This document shows, piece by piece, positions 42,551-51,344 of a stretch of DNA of 52,780 nucleotides. Made by a program: the position numbers and the translations under genes. Origin of the DNA: Gammaproteobacteria bacterium. GTDB taxonomy: Bacteria > Pseudomonadota > Gammaproteobacteria > JAUHZG01. The notes beneath the pieces were generated by a model, which did no database searches, was not told the origin of the DNA, and worked only from the letters and a program-made list of their open reading frames with translations. How positions within the stretch are numbered: position 1 is the stretch's first letter; the number at the start of each line of letters is the position of its first letter. The DNA lies in NCBI GenBank assembly GCA_030425845.1, contig JAUHZG010000001.1:1-52780 (forward strand), given 5' to 3'.

Positions 42551-43954
42551 TTACACCGTCGAAAATCGATACACCGAGACCTTATTACCCGAATGCACAC
42601 ATTGCTCGAGTTTGAGGTTTTGTACCGGTTCAAAGACTTGGATCACATCACCACTTTCCCCAGCAAAGGAAGGAATGATCAAAGACGCTTCTAAGCCAAT
42701 ACTTTGTAGATTCGGCAACATTAATGCTTTGAGCCTCTCTTCTTTGGCCAGGATATCAACCATGCTAGCCTCAGGTGACAGTAACTCTACGCCCATTAGC
42801 AAAACACCCTGCTCATCATGACGCAACCAGCGCACCACCGCGATACTCCATTTGGACGCCGCTTCACCATGTTCTTGCACACGAATCACATCCCCCACAC
42901 TCATCTCTGCTGGGTATTCGGGTAGCTTTGTTAAACAATAGCCGTTGGGGCTAGTATTCACCATCTCCCAGGCTTGCACGCTATTGCCCATCACACTGTC
43001 TTCCACCAACGGCATCGTCACTTCAACATTCACTTTGCCTTCTTGGGGGACTCGAGGAAACTTACGAGTAGGTTTCGACTGCCAAATTCTTACTAAGCGT
43101 TTAACGGTTTTTCTATCGAGTAAAAAGCCTTTATGATCAATTTGATCTTCTTGTACATTCTGCCCAGCGATCTCATGTAACTTATCTACCACCGAACTTA
43201 AGTCAAACGTACGCCACCAAGAAGCATGATCAATTTCTTTTTGTGCCAACGTCAAATAGAGCGGTCCTAAGTCACTAGATAAATCTACAGCATATAAGTC
43301 CGCACGATTCACCTTATCACGCAAATCGACCATCTGTGAGATCCAGCCCAACAATCCTGACACCTTGTCAATTTCACCAAAGGTTAGTCCTGAAGGATTT
43401 GTCGTTTCAAACAATACGATACTTATATAGAGTTGTTTCAGGGTTAGCTGTTTGATCCCTTCAACATCGATCAAAGCAAAATCATCAATATGTGATTCAC
43501 TACTAAAGCGATACAGGCGATGCGCTGTTTGCCAAAAACCTTTGGGCAGCGGGTGATAATTTTCGTAATGCCATTTTTGTAAATTGCTTAAGTGCATAAA
43601 ACAGCGATTGATACAGGTGGCCACCAGGTTCATGTCCGTTTTGACAAGCGCTTCACAGTCATCATCCCGTAACAGATCGGTCCATAGTTGACAAAATTGC
43701 AATTGCTCACATGACTGTGCCACACCATCCTCATAGATGGCTTGATAGCTAAGTTGTCTTTGGTAAAGGTTTTCACGATGCGCCTTTATCGACTCATCGA
43801 TTAGCGGCGATAAGCGTAACAACAAATGAAAAACTTGAGATAACTCAACCTGCTTGCCCGAAAGCATTAAGTCGATTAATTGTGTCGCTCTAGCATAGCG
43901 GGTTTCGTCTAGTCCTTCGCGTAGCGCGCTAAGCGACTCTTTCCTTGTATCCAT
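42551..43954 (-). CDS. PilZ-motif protein (putative c-di-GMP receptor) with large N-terminal helical domain
   Basis: The C-terminal third carries RKFPR (RxxxR), then 31 residues, then NTSPNG (NxSxxG), the bipartite PilZ c-di-GMP signature. The ATG at 43954 (GAGGT RBS) is preferred over the TTG at 43975. Confidence 0.6.
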   Translation of the reverse strand: MDTRKESLSALREGLDETRYARATQLIDLMLSGKQVELSQVFHLLLRLSPLIDESIKAHRENLYQRQLSYQAIYEDGVAQSCEQLQFCQLWTDLLRDDDCEALVKTDMNLVATCINRCFMHLSNLQKWHYENYHPLPKGFWQTAHRLYRFSSESHIDDFALIDVEGIKQLTLKQLYISIVLFETTNPSGLTFGEIDKVSGLLGWISQMVDLRDKVNRADLYAVDLSSDLGPLYLTLAQKEIDHASWWRTFDLSSVVDKLHEIAGQNVQEDQIDHKGFLLDRKTVKRLVRIWQSKPTRKFPRVPQEGKVNVEVTMPLVEDSVMGNSVQAWEMVNTSPNGYCLTKLPEYPAEMSVGDVIRVQEHGEAASKWSIAVVRWLRHDEQGVLLMGVELLSPEASMVDILAKEERLKALMLPNLQSIGLEASLIIPSFAGESGDVIQVFEPVQNLKLEQCVHSGNKVSVYRFSTV

Positions 43955-44099
43955 GATGTTGCAACCTCGAGCCAAAATAATAACTTGTGCTACTTAAGCT
44001 ATCGGCATGGGTGGGAGGTTCTTTAGTCCTATGGTCCATTATCCTAGTTCAGCACAGAGCCTATCCTACAAGCGGCGAAACATAGAAGGATTCAACAAG

Positions 44100-46100
44100 T
44101 TATGCTACTGCAAGTCCGCGCTCATACTCCGAAATGGCATACTCGGCCTGCTCAACATCGCCCGCATTACCGTACATAACCAGTACGTCCTTTGCTTTGA
44201 GTACCAAATCAATCGCAGGGTTAAGATTTTCGCCTGAATGGCGACGGACCCTAACCAACTTAACATCAAAACGAGCCAAATCTAAGTCCGCCAATTTCTT
44301 GCCGCAAATCTTACTGTCCGACGGTAAAAAGACACTGTGCATGATAGGCATTTCTCCTTCACTCTCACGCAGCTGTTCCTCAGTCACAAAGTAACCACGA
44401 ATACGACTGTACTGATTATCGCGAGTACGGCGGTTAAGCGCGCGTATTTTTGCCGGCGCATAATCAAGCATCGTGAGTAACTGCGAACTTAACATCAAGC
44501 CTGTCTCTAGTGTCTCGACCGCAATACCAGATACACCCATTTCTTTAAAACGCTCAAACTCTAAGTCGCTATAACAGCGAACAATGATTTGCATATTAGG
44601 ACATAGACATTTGATCTGCTCGACAATCATTTTCGAACTGGTAAAATCATTAAAACTCACAATCACCACACTGGCGTTTTGAATATTGGCCGCTTGTAAT
44701 AATCCTGGTTGACGTGTATCCCCATAAAAAACATTGTCGCCAGCTAATGCCGCTGAATTCACCAAACTAGAGTCCATATCAAACGCCACATAAGGAATAG
44801 ACTCATCATCTAGCATCCCCGCTAAGTGCTGACCAATCGCACCAAAACCACAAATGATCACGTGTTTTTTAAGTTTCTTACACGCGACAGCAACATTCCC
44901 TTCATCAGTAACATCAACCACAGGGACTTCCACCGTAGGTAATAGGGCGTTCAAAATCTCTTTTTGGAAGTGCATCAAAAATAGCGACACAATCATACTC
45001 AGGATAAGTGCTCCCAAGACTATCTGGGTGATAAAAGGGTTAATCAGCTGCAACCCTGCTGCAATTGACACTAAGACAAAACCAAATTCGCCCCCTTGCG
45101 ACAGATAAATCCCGACACGAATCGCTTCTTCTTTGTTGGCTTTATGAAGCTTGACGATAAGAGTAGGGATCACAAGAAGTTTCATTGCCATAATGCAAAG
45201 AGCCACACCGACAATCCAATACCAGGTCTGTGCCAAAGTGGAAACATTAAATAGCATCCCAATACCAATGAAGAACAATCCTAGCAAGACGTCTCTGAAC
45301 GGGCGAATATCCACTTCCACCTGATGATAGTAGGGAGTCCCAGCTAATATCACACCCGCTAAAAACGCTCCCAGTTCTTTAGAGAGTCCCATCGCTTCAG
45401 TGACAAAAGCGGCCGTCAAAGCCGTAAGCAACACCGTTAGCATGAAAAGCTCAGTCGAGCGCAGCTTTGACACAACATCAAAGATAGGCGTTATCACCTT
45501 CTGGCCTATCCAAAATAGCGCAATAAAAGTGACCGTCCCGATGGTAAGCTCTTTAACGATTTCATAGAAAAGGTTATTACCTGTATTTTTTTGTGCTAAA
45601 ACCCCAGTAATAATCAAAAACGGTACCACAGCAATATCTTGGAATATAAGAATGCTTATCGACAATCGCCCTACGGTTGATTGTACTTGCCCAGATTCAG
45701 ATAAAACCTTACTCACAAGCGCTGTTGATGACAAGGCGAAGGTCGCCGCCACGACAAAGCAGGTTCCGCTGGGTAAATTGAACAAAGAGGCCATGACAAA
45801 CACCAATCCCAAACAGATCAATACTTGCAATCCCCCCAGCAAGAATACCGCTTTTTTGAGTTTGGCGAGTTTACTGATCGAAAACTCTAAGCCAATCGAG
45901 AATAATAAAAATACTACGCCATATTTAGCCAAAAACTGCAGATCATTTAGATGATTAAAATATTGCTTGCCAACTACACTGAGTAAGATCCCAATCAGGA
46001 GGTATCCCAAAATAGAAGGGAGATGCAGACGTTTTAACACGGCGACCATTAGTACCGAGCCAGCCAATACCAGGAGAAGCTGATCAAAAATAGATGACAT
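44100..46100 (-). CDS. CPA2-family monovalent cation:proton antiporter with RCK (TrkA-N/TrkA-C) domains (KefB/YbaL-like)
   Basis: 666 aa. About 12 TM Na_H_Exchanger-type N-terminal half, Rossmann HVIICGFGAIGQ, and a C-terminal TrkA-C-like segment. Confidence 0.85.
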   Translation of the reverse strand: MSSIFDQLLLVLAGSVLMVAVLKRLHLPSILGYLLIGILLSVVGKQYFNHLNDLQFLAKYGVVFLLFSIGLEFSISKLAKLKKAVFLLGGLQVLICLGLVFVMASLFNLPSGTCFVVAATFALSSTALVSKVLSESGQVQSTVGRLSISILIFQDIAVVPFLIITGVLAQKNTGNNLFYEIVKELTIGTVTFIALFWIGQKVITPIFDVVSKLRSTELFMLTVLLTALTAAFVTEAMGLSKELGAFLAGVILAGTPYYHQVEVDIRPFRDVLLGLFFIGIGMLFNVSTLAQTWYWIVGVALCIMAMKLLVIPTLIVKLHKANKEEAIRVGIYLSQGGEFGFVLVSIAAGLQLINPFITQIVLGALILSMIVSLFLMHFQKEILNALLPTVEVPVVDVTDEGNVAVACKKLKKHVIICGFGAIGQHLAGMLDDESIPYVAFDMDSSLVNSAALAGDNVFYGDTRQPGLLQAANIQNASVVIVSFNDFTSSKMIVEQIKCLCPNMQIIVRCYSDLEFERFKEMGVSGIAVETLETGLMLSSQLLTMLDYAPAKIRALNRRTRDNQYSRIRGYFVTEEQLRESEGEMPIMHSVFLPSDSKICGKKLADLDLARFDVKLVRVRRHSGENLNPAIDLVLKAKDVLVMYGNAGDVEQAEYAISEYERGLAVA

Positions 46101-46143
46101 GGTGTATTCCTTTAAGATTCAAATTGACTCTAAAGGAATATTA

Positions 46144-47463
46144 TCAGGCACCGCGATTGACTTGTCCAACCCCTTTATCCACATATAGCACCATATCTTT
46201 GCTTGAATAGACGGTAAAACTCCCTTCTTCTTCGCAGCACCAATCCTGCCCATAAAGATTGATGATAGATGTTTCATCGCCATATACGTAGAGCTCATGA
46301 TTTTCGCCGGTGGTTTTTATCTCATCGGCACTCACGGTAAGGCTATTGTCACCCTCTCCCGTAAGATCGATCACCTCAAGTTGACTTAAGATTTCATTTT
46401 CCAGCGTCATGACATCCAGCTCAATACCCGCACCATCGATAGTCAGTACATCACCTTCCACACAGAGCATCTGTGGCATGTCGAGTTCAGATTGTATCTC
46501 TTGCACAGCCACGGCCACATCCAACTCACTGACAAATGCTTCCTCGTTGTCCCAGGGCATACCTGTGTCATCTTCTGATCCTAAAAAGTAATCGTTAGTC
46601 CCATAGTGTTTCTTAAAGGATTTTTCTTCTTGCATTGTAGAGAACTTGGATTGATCGGAAATAGTTTTAAGCAGCCTCTTAGTGTTGTTATTGATTTTTA
46701 CTTTGCGTTGATTTGTCTTTTGGCAATACATTTTATCAAACACCGCCAAGTCGTCAGCGTATTCATCACTCGCCAGTTCATCAAGTAACTCACCCACATC
46801 ACTCCGAGAGATCTTCGCAGAGTCATCCGTTAAATACGTCTCATAATCAGCACTATAGGTATAGGTTTCATTTTCACCTACACTGACTTCTTGCTCAAAA
46901 AGAATTTCATTTTCAATCAATTTTAACTTATCAAAAGGATTTAATAATTCTAATGCGCCGGATGAATAAGCCAGATAAAAATGTTCACCTTTCTTTGAAT
47001 ATTGTACATTGTCATCTTCTTCATCAAGGATCAGTACTTCATCGTAGTTTATTCTAAGCCTGCCTTCTTTAGGCATCTCAATAATATCAATTTCTTGCGT
47101 ATGTATATTTTCAATTTCGAATTGCTGTACCAGTTGCTCACAGAAACCTTTAGGTGTCACTACTTCATCGTATAACTTTAGCTTGGTTTTTACGTTATCT
47201 TCACAGAAGAACTCGCACAAGCGTATGGCACCAATAGTCTCTTCAAGCTTGGTTGGTTTTTTTTCTTTGTCTATGTAAATCAATAAATCATCTTGATTAC
47301 GTGAAAGCCCCATTTCATGCACGCTATGACGTGAGAGGTCGAGTTGCCCACCTTCGGCGAGTGAGATCATGCCACGCTTATTCGCCACACCTTCAAGTGT
47401 CGTATAGGAGTAGTGCTCAAGTTGATCTTTTTTATCTAAGTTATTGAATTTGACTCGAACCAT
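46144..47463 (-). CDS. Hypothetical highly acidic protein, 439 aa, no TM
   Basis: Clean ORF ending 43 nt upstream of the antiporter gene. It is Asp/Glu-rich. The C-terminal about 75 aa is beta-rich and resembles terminal modules of secreted RTX/adhesin-type proteins (see findings). Confidence 0.6.
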   Translation of the reverse strand: MVRVKFNNLDKKDQLEHYSYTTLEGVANKRGMISLAEGGQLDLSRHSVHEMGLSRNQDDLLIYIDKEKKPTKLEETIGAIRLCEFFCEDNVKTKLKLYDEVVTPKGFCEQLVQQFEIENIHTQEIDIIEMPKEGRLRINYDEVLILDEEDDNVQYSKKGEHFYLAYSSGALELLNPFDKLKLIENEILFEQEVSVGENETYTYSADYETYLTDDSAKISRSDVGELLDELASDEYADDLAVFDKMYCQKTNQRKVKINNNTKRLLKTISDQSKFSTMQEEKSFKKHYGTNDYFLGSEDDTGMPWDNEEAFVSELDVAVAVQEIQSELDMPQMLCVEGDVLTIDGAGIELDVMTLENEILSQLEVIDLTGEGDNSLTVSADEIKTTGENHELYVYGDETSIINLYGQDWCCEEEGSFTVYSSKDMVLYVDKGVGQVNRGA

Positions 47464-47625
47464 AACGTTCTTCCACTTCGCCTATTCGTAGCTCCCTACC
47501 GCATAAGCAAGTCAAATCCATTTATCTTGCGCACAGAGACAGTGTCTGTGTACTCAAGGTTATCGTTCAGCGGAAAAATATCTTTAATGCAGATAAACTA
47601 TTGAAGCCCCATGGCAATCAGAACG

Positions 47626-48957
47626 TCAGTTCATTTTGACACAACTGTTGATGAAGTTACCGCCCTTGGGGAAATCCGTATTATCACACGGCGCTAAACA
47701 CACGGAAAATTTCTCATCATCGTTAAAAAGCTGGCTGCTTTCTAAAATATCTTTGTAACCCGAGGTATTTGAGTGATAAAAGTCAATTTTTCCGCTGGCA
47801 TCAAGTTCATTTAGCCTGGGAGATAAAATCACAAAACGCCCTTCACGCACTTCATCCAAACATTGGCGAAACAGTACCATGGCATTGTATAGCTCTAGTA
47901 GTGAGTTAGTGCTCGCTTGATGGGTCATATTTAGGTTGGTTGGCATGGTCATCGACACATAGACTGGTGCTTGATTATCACCGCCTAAATAGTAGCTAGG
48001 CTGAAAAAGGATAGGGCGATAATGTTTTAGCCCGTATTCTTGTAAGTACACTTGTTGGATCAACTCGATTGGCGCAAATTCATTTGATACAGCTGGAACA
48101 AACCCCGGGATCATCCCTGTACCCACCATAAATAAATGTTTCACAAATTTAATCGTCTCAGCTGAAACACTATTACTCTTACCATGACTAATCGTCGGAA
48201 AAAGCAAATCCCATACTTGGCTGTTACGCATAAACGCACTGGAATCCCATGATTGATAAAGGACATAGCTCGTAAACGCTTGCCAGGCCGGATCGCTTTT
48301 TTTCTCTAGCCATTGTTTAGAGAATAGTAAAATCTTGGTACTCCACTTAGTTGTAGTGGAACGCGAATGATAAATTTCACGAAAGATATTCCAATGCTCG
48401 GTCACGTCTTTGGGCTTATCTGCAACAATGCCTAACGTTTTTCGAAGTCGATTATGTGCATTGGACTCAGCAATTTTCGGTAGCATAAAAATACTACGTA
48501 CCCCAGCTGTCATGCCCCACAGCCGTGACTCTGCGCAAAAGGATTTGTGACTATCTAACCAACGCCACCAACCAAAAAGCTCACCATTTTGCAGCAAAAC
48601 GTAGGGGATAAGTCGCCCGCCAAAATGGTAAAAGATTTCGATGGGTTTACCCAGTACAATCCCTGGAGGATTCACGTTCTCTTCATAATCGAGCTCGCGC
48701 TTTACGGCCTCAGGTAGCAGTGCGTCCTCTAGGCTCACGCCTTTGCCATCAGCAGTGGGCAGGCGAAATTGTCCTTCACGCGCTATCTCTTCACCGTAAT
48801 GATACTCACACTCATAGAGCTTAAATGTCTCCGGCGGCGAAAGCGCATCAATAATAGTAAATAAGTCGCGATTGGCTTTTTTGACATTGAGGCGCGCTTC
48901 TTGCCAGCTTAACTCTCGCAGTCTGGGTGTCGATGTATTCGCAGATTTCATGGACAT
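47626..48957 (-). CDS. Hypothetical soluble protein, 443 aa, no recognised family
   Basis: Clean ORF, Trp/aromatic-rich, with no TM, P-loop or nuclease motif seen. It is divergent from vgrG across 69 bp. Confidence 0.6.
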   Translation of the reverse strand: MSMKSANTSTPRLRELSWQEARLNVKKANRDLFTIIDALSPPETFKLYECEYHYGEEIAREGQFRLPTADGKGVSLEDALLPEAVKRELDYEENVNPPGIVLGKPIEIFYHFGGRLIPYVLLQNGELFGWWRWLDSHKSFCAESRLWGMTAGVRSIFMLPKIAESNAHNRLRKTLGIVADKPKDVTEHWNIFREIYHSRSTTTKWSTKILLFSKQWLEKKSDPAWQAFTSYVLYQSWDSSAFMRNSQVWDLLFPTISHGKSNSVSAETIKFVKHLFMVGTGMIPGFVPAVSNEFAPIELIQQVYLQEYGLKHYRPILFQPSYYLGGDNQAPVYVSMTMPTNLNMTHQASTNSLLELYNAMVLFRQCLDEVREGRFVILSPRLNELDASGKIDFYHSNTSGYKDILESSQLFNDDEKFSVCLAPCDNTDFPKGGNFINSCVKMN

Positions 48958-48967
48958 AATGGTCTAG

Positions 48968-48995
48968 TTGCTAATTACTCAGTCCCGAGTATAAC
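48968..48995 (+). promoter_or_regulatory. Candidate sigma70 promoter for vgrG
   Basis: TTGCTA (48968-73), a 16-nt spacer, then TATAAC (48990-95), about 30 nt upstream of the vgrG ATG. Pattern match only. Confidence 0.3.
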
Positions 48996-49026
48996 AAGAG
49001 ATCGCTAACCCATTCTAGAGAGTCGT

Positions 49027-50346
49027 ATGCTAACGTTACAGAGCCCTCACTCTACCCTATTACAGTTAACGCCGATCGCACTGACTGTACGTGAAGCATT
49101 AGGGCAGTGTGATGAGATTTGTCTTGAGGTGATAACTGATAATCCATTACCCGCGCGCACCTTACTAGGTAAAACGGCAAGCGTCTGTGTGACGTGGCAA
49201 GAAAAACAACGCTACTGGCATGGCGTTTTACACACAATCGAGCTGTCTCGCATTGAAGGGCGCTTATATCATTACCGTCTTATCTTGGCACCTTATTATG
49301 CAGCACTAAAGCGCGAGTCACACAATCGTAACTTCACCCGATCACATGTGCTTGACGTCATACAGCGCGTCTTAAAACCTTACCCTAAAGTTCAACTCAA
49401 TCCCGAGGCCCTAAGGAGATACAACCCAACCATTGCACATTTATCACAGTATCAGCAAAGTGACTTTGACTTTTTGCAGATCTTGTTTTCACGTTTTGGA
49501 TTTACTTATTATTTTACGCACAGTCAGCAGCAGCATGTGTTGCATCTGGTTAACCAAACTTACCTAGGCAAACACTTGCAAGAGGCCCCAATGGTTATTG
49601 AGTCAACCTTGACACAGGACAAACAACACCGCATGAAAGGCACCACACAAACACTTGAACAGAGTGTTGGCGATTGCTACCCAAATAAAGAAGCGGGGAG
49701 TCCTTGGCAAATAAACACCGTATATCATCAATGCAAAGATGACTACAGCAATACGTTCGAGGCTATAACCAAGCCAAATAGTACTAAAGTACCAGCGACT
49801 ATTCACTACTTACGCCCTCTTTGTCAATCAGGGCGTGTAGAACATGCGCCCAAGCTAGAGTGGCAATCAAGCACACCACCTGTCATCTCCACCCAGCCTT
49901 TTGCAGGAGTAAAGCGAGGATTAGCGTTTCATTATAAAGAAAAATGCCAATTATTGATGAACTTTATTGATAACGATGTCGAACAACCGGTGTGTCTAGG
50001 AGCATTAATACACCCTTCACAACGACTGGTGTATAGTCTCCAGAAGCAAAGACATTTATCAGGCATAGCGCTTGATGGTCAATCGCTGATATTTGATAGC
50101 GCGGCCAGTACAGCGAAAATAGCGCTCAAAACCAGTGGGGATTACCATCTCAATGTTAAAGAGTCACATAGACTAACGGCTCATGGTTCGTTGTCATTTC
50201 AAATCAGTGGCAAGGCAAGGCTACAAGTGAGAGAGTCGTTAGTTCTGCAAGCGAAAACCAAGCTCACTCTCGCGTGTGGGAATGCTTTTATCGATGTTGC
50301 GCCAACAAAAATAACATTATCAAGTAATATCATAACAGTAAATTAA
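49027..50346 (+). CDS. vgrG: VgrG-family spike protein, compact (439 aa)
   Basis: gp27-like N-terminus (YHYRLILAPYYAALKRESHNRNF...SQYQQSDFDFLQILFSRFGFTYYFTH). Y-x-N-x-F element (DDYSNTFEAI). gp5 OB-fold-like FAGVKRG...KCQLLMNFIDNDVEQPVCLGALIHP (compare G-EVxVxFxxGDPDxPxxxG). C-terminal beta-helix-like repeats. Confidence 0.7.
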   Translation: MLTLQSPHSTLLQLTPIALTVREALGQCDEICLEVITDNPLPARTLLGKTASVCVTWQEKQRYWHGVLHTIELSRIEGRLYHYRLILAPYYAALKRESHNRNFTRSHVLDVIQRVLKPYPKVQLNPEALRRYNPTIAHLSQYQQSDFDFLQILFSRFGFTYYFTHSQQQHVLHLVNQTYLGKHLQEAPMVIESTLTQDKQHRMKGTTQTLEQSVGDCYPNKEAGSPWQINTVYHQCKDDYSNTFEAITKPNSTKVPATIHYLRPLCQSGRVEHAPKLEWQSSTPPVISTQPFAGVKRGLAFHYKEKCQLLMNFIDNDVEQPVCLGALIHPSQRLVYSLQKQRHLSGIALDGQSLIFDSAASTAKIALKTSGDYHLNVKESHRLTAHGSLSFQISGKARLQVRESLVLQAKTKLTLACGNAFIDVAPTKITLSSNIITVN

Positions 50347-50450
50347 CGCTATAAGCCTCTAGTCGTCGTCAAGTAACCTCGGCGCCTCTAAAAGTATAAG
50401 TTCCCTAAGAACTGAAGCTTTTGCTTTTCCCATGAGTACTCCTACAGCCT

Positions 50451-51344
50451 TCAATCCACCACTTGCTCTCGTTGTAGCAAAAAAGCATTGATTTCCTCGG
50501 CAAGTGGTTCTGGTGTCTGTAGATGAAAATGATGATCGCCGGCAAACTCTTTGCACGTTAAATTGGCGATGGCTTGTTTACGTTCATCAAGTCCCGGATA
50601 CGTTTTTAAAAAGCTGTCACTCGCGGTGAGTAACAACACTGGTACATCAATCGCTTGCAAATAACTTAGCACTTGCGTGTGCGTTAATCGTGAGGGAGAG
50701 GGAAGCAACAAGCGCCTGTCAAAACGCCACTGGTAACCGCCCTCGACTTGTTTAACCCCTCGCTCCACTAATAGCTGAGCGGATTCGGCTGATAAATGAT
50801 TCGCGCGTACGCGAATTTGGATCATCTTCTCTAGCTCGGCATACACTTTATGATTGGTTAAAAACGTCTCGCTAAAATACTCATCCAGAGAACGACGCAA
50901 GCGCGCAGGTAAATTTTCCTCAGCGTCATGCAGCGGTCCTAACCCATCTAAAAACACACAGCGCTCAAGTCGCCCATTATCCGCCGCCGCGACTAAAGTT
51001 GATATCACAACCCCTAAGGAATGACCCAGCAGGGTATAACGGCTAAAACCTAACGCATTCGCGACTTCTTGAATGACAAACACATTTTGAAATAACTCAT
51101 AGAGCATTCCGTTAGGATAATGCGAGGAGTGGCCATGTCCTGGTAAATCAATCGCAACGATATAGTGATCACGAATCAAGGGGGCAATTAGGGCAAAGCT
51201 CGCGGCATTATCCAACCAGCCGTGTAATGCGAGAATAGGGCGCGCATCAGGCGAACCATAAGTTACCGCGGCTATTTGATGATGAGGGGTTTCAATAAGG
51301 ATTTCTTTGCCGGTTACCGGCGCTTGCAATCGTTTATTTGTCAT
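50451..51344 (-). CDS. Alpha/beta-fold hydrolase
   Basis: HGWLDNAASF oxyanion region, GHSLG nucleophile elbow and C-terminal GDHHFHL. The ATG at 51344 forms an ATGA overlap with the rsmG stop. Confidence 0.8.
   Translation of the reverse strand: MTNKRLQAPVTGKEILIETPHHQIAAVTYGSPDARPILALHGWLDNAASFALIAPLIRDHYIVAIDLPGHGHSSHYPNGMLYELFQNVFVIQEVANALGFSRYTLLGHSLGVVISTLVAAADNGRLERCVFLDGLGPLHDAEENLPARLRRSLDEYFSETFLTNHKVYAELEKMIQIRVRANHLSAESAQLLVERGVKQVEGGYQWRFDRRLLLPSPSRLTHTQVLSYLQAIDVPVLLLTASDSFLKTYPGLDERKQAIANLTCKEFAGDHHFHLQTPEPLAEEINAFLLQREQVVD

Noticed and set aside
49027-50346. VgrG-like gene as part of a prophage or P2-type baseplate (gpD)
   Set aside because: No capsid, tail, sheath, tube, lysis or integrase genes occur anywhere in the window. 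The neighbours are chromosomal housekeeping and ORFan genes.
50451-51344. Alpha/beta hydrolase as a Tle-type T6SS lipase effector cargo of the adjacent VgrG
   Set aside because: It is convergent to vgrG and ATGA-coupled to rsmG. It is small (about 297 aa) and resembles ordinary cytoplasmic MhpC-like hydrolases. No adjacent immunity gene is present.
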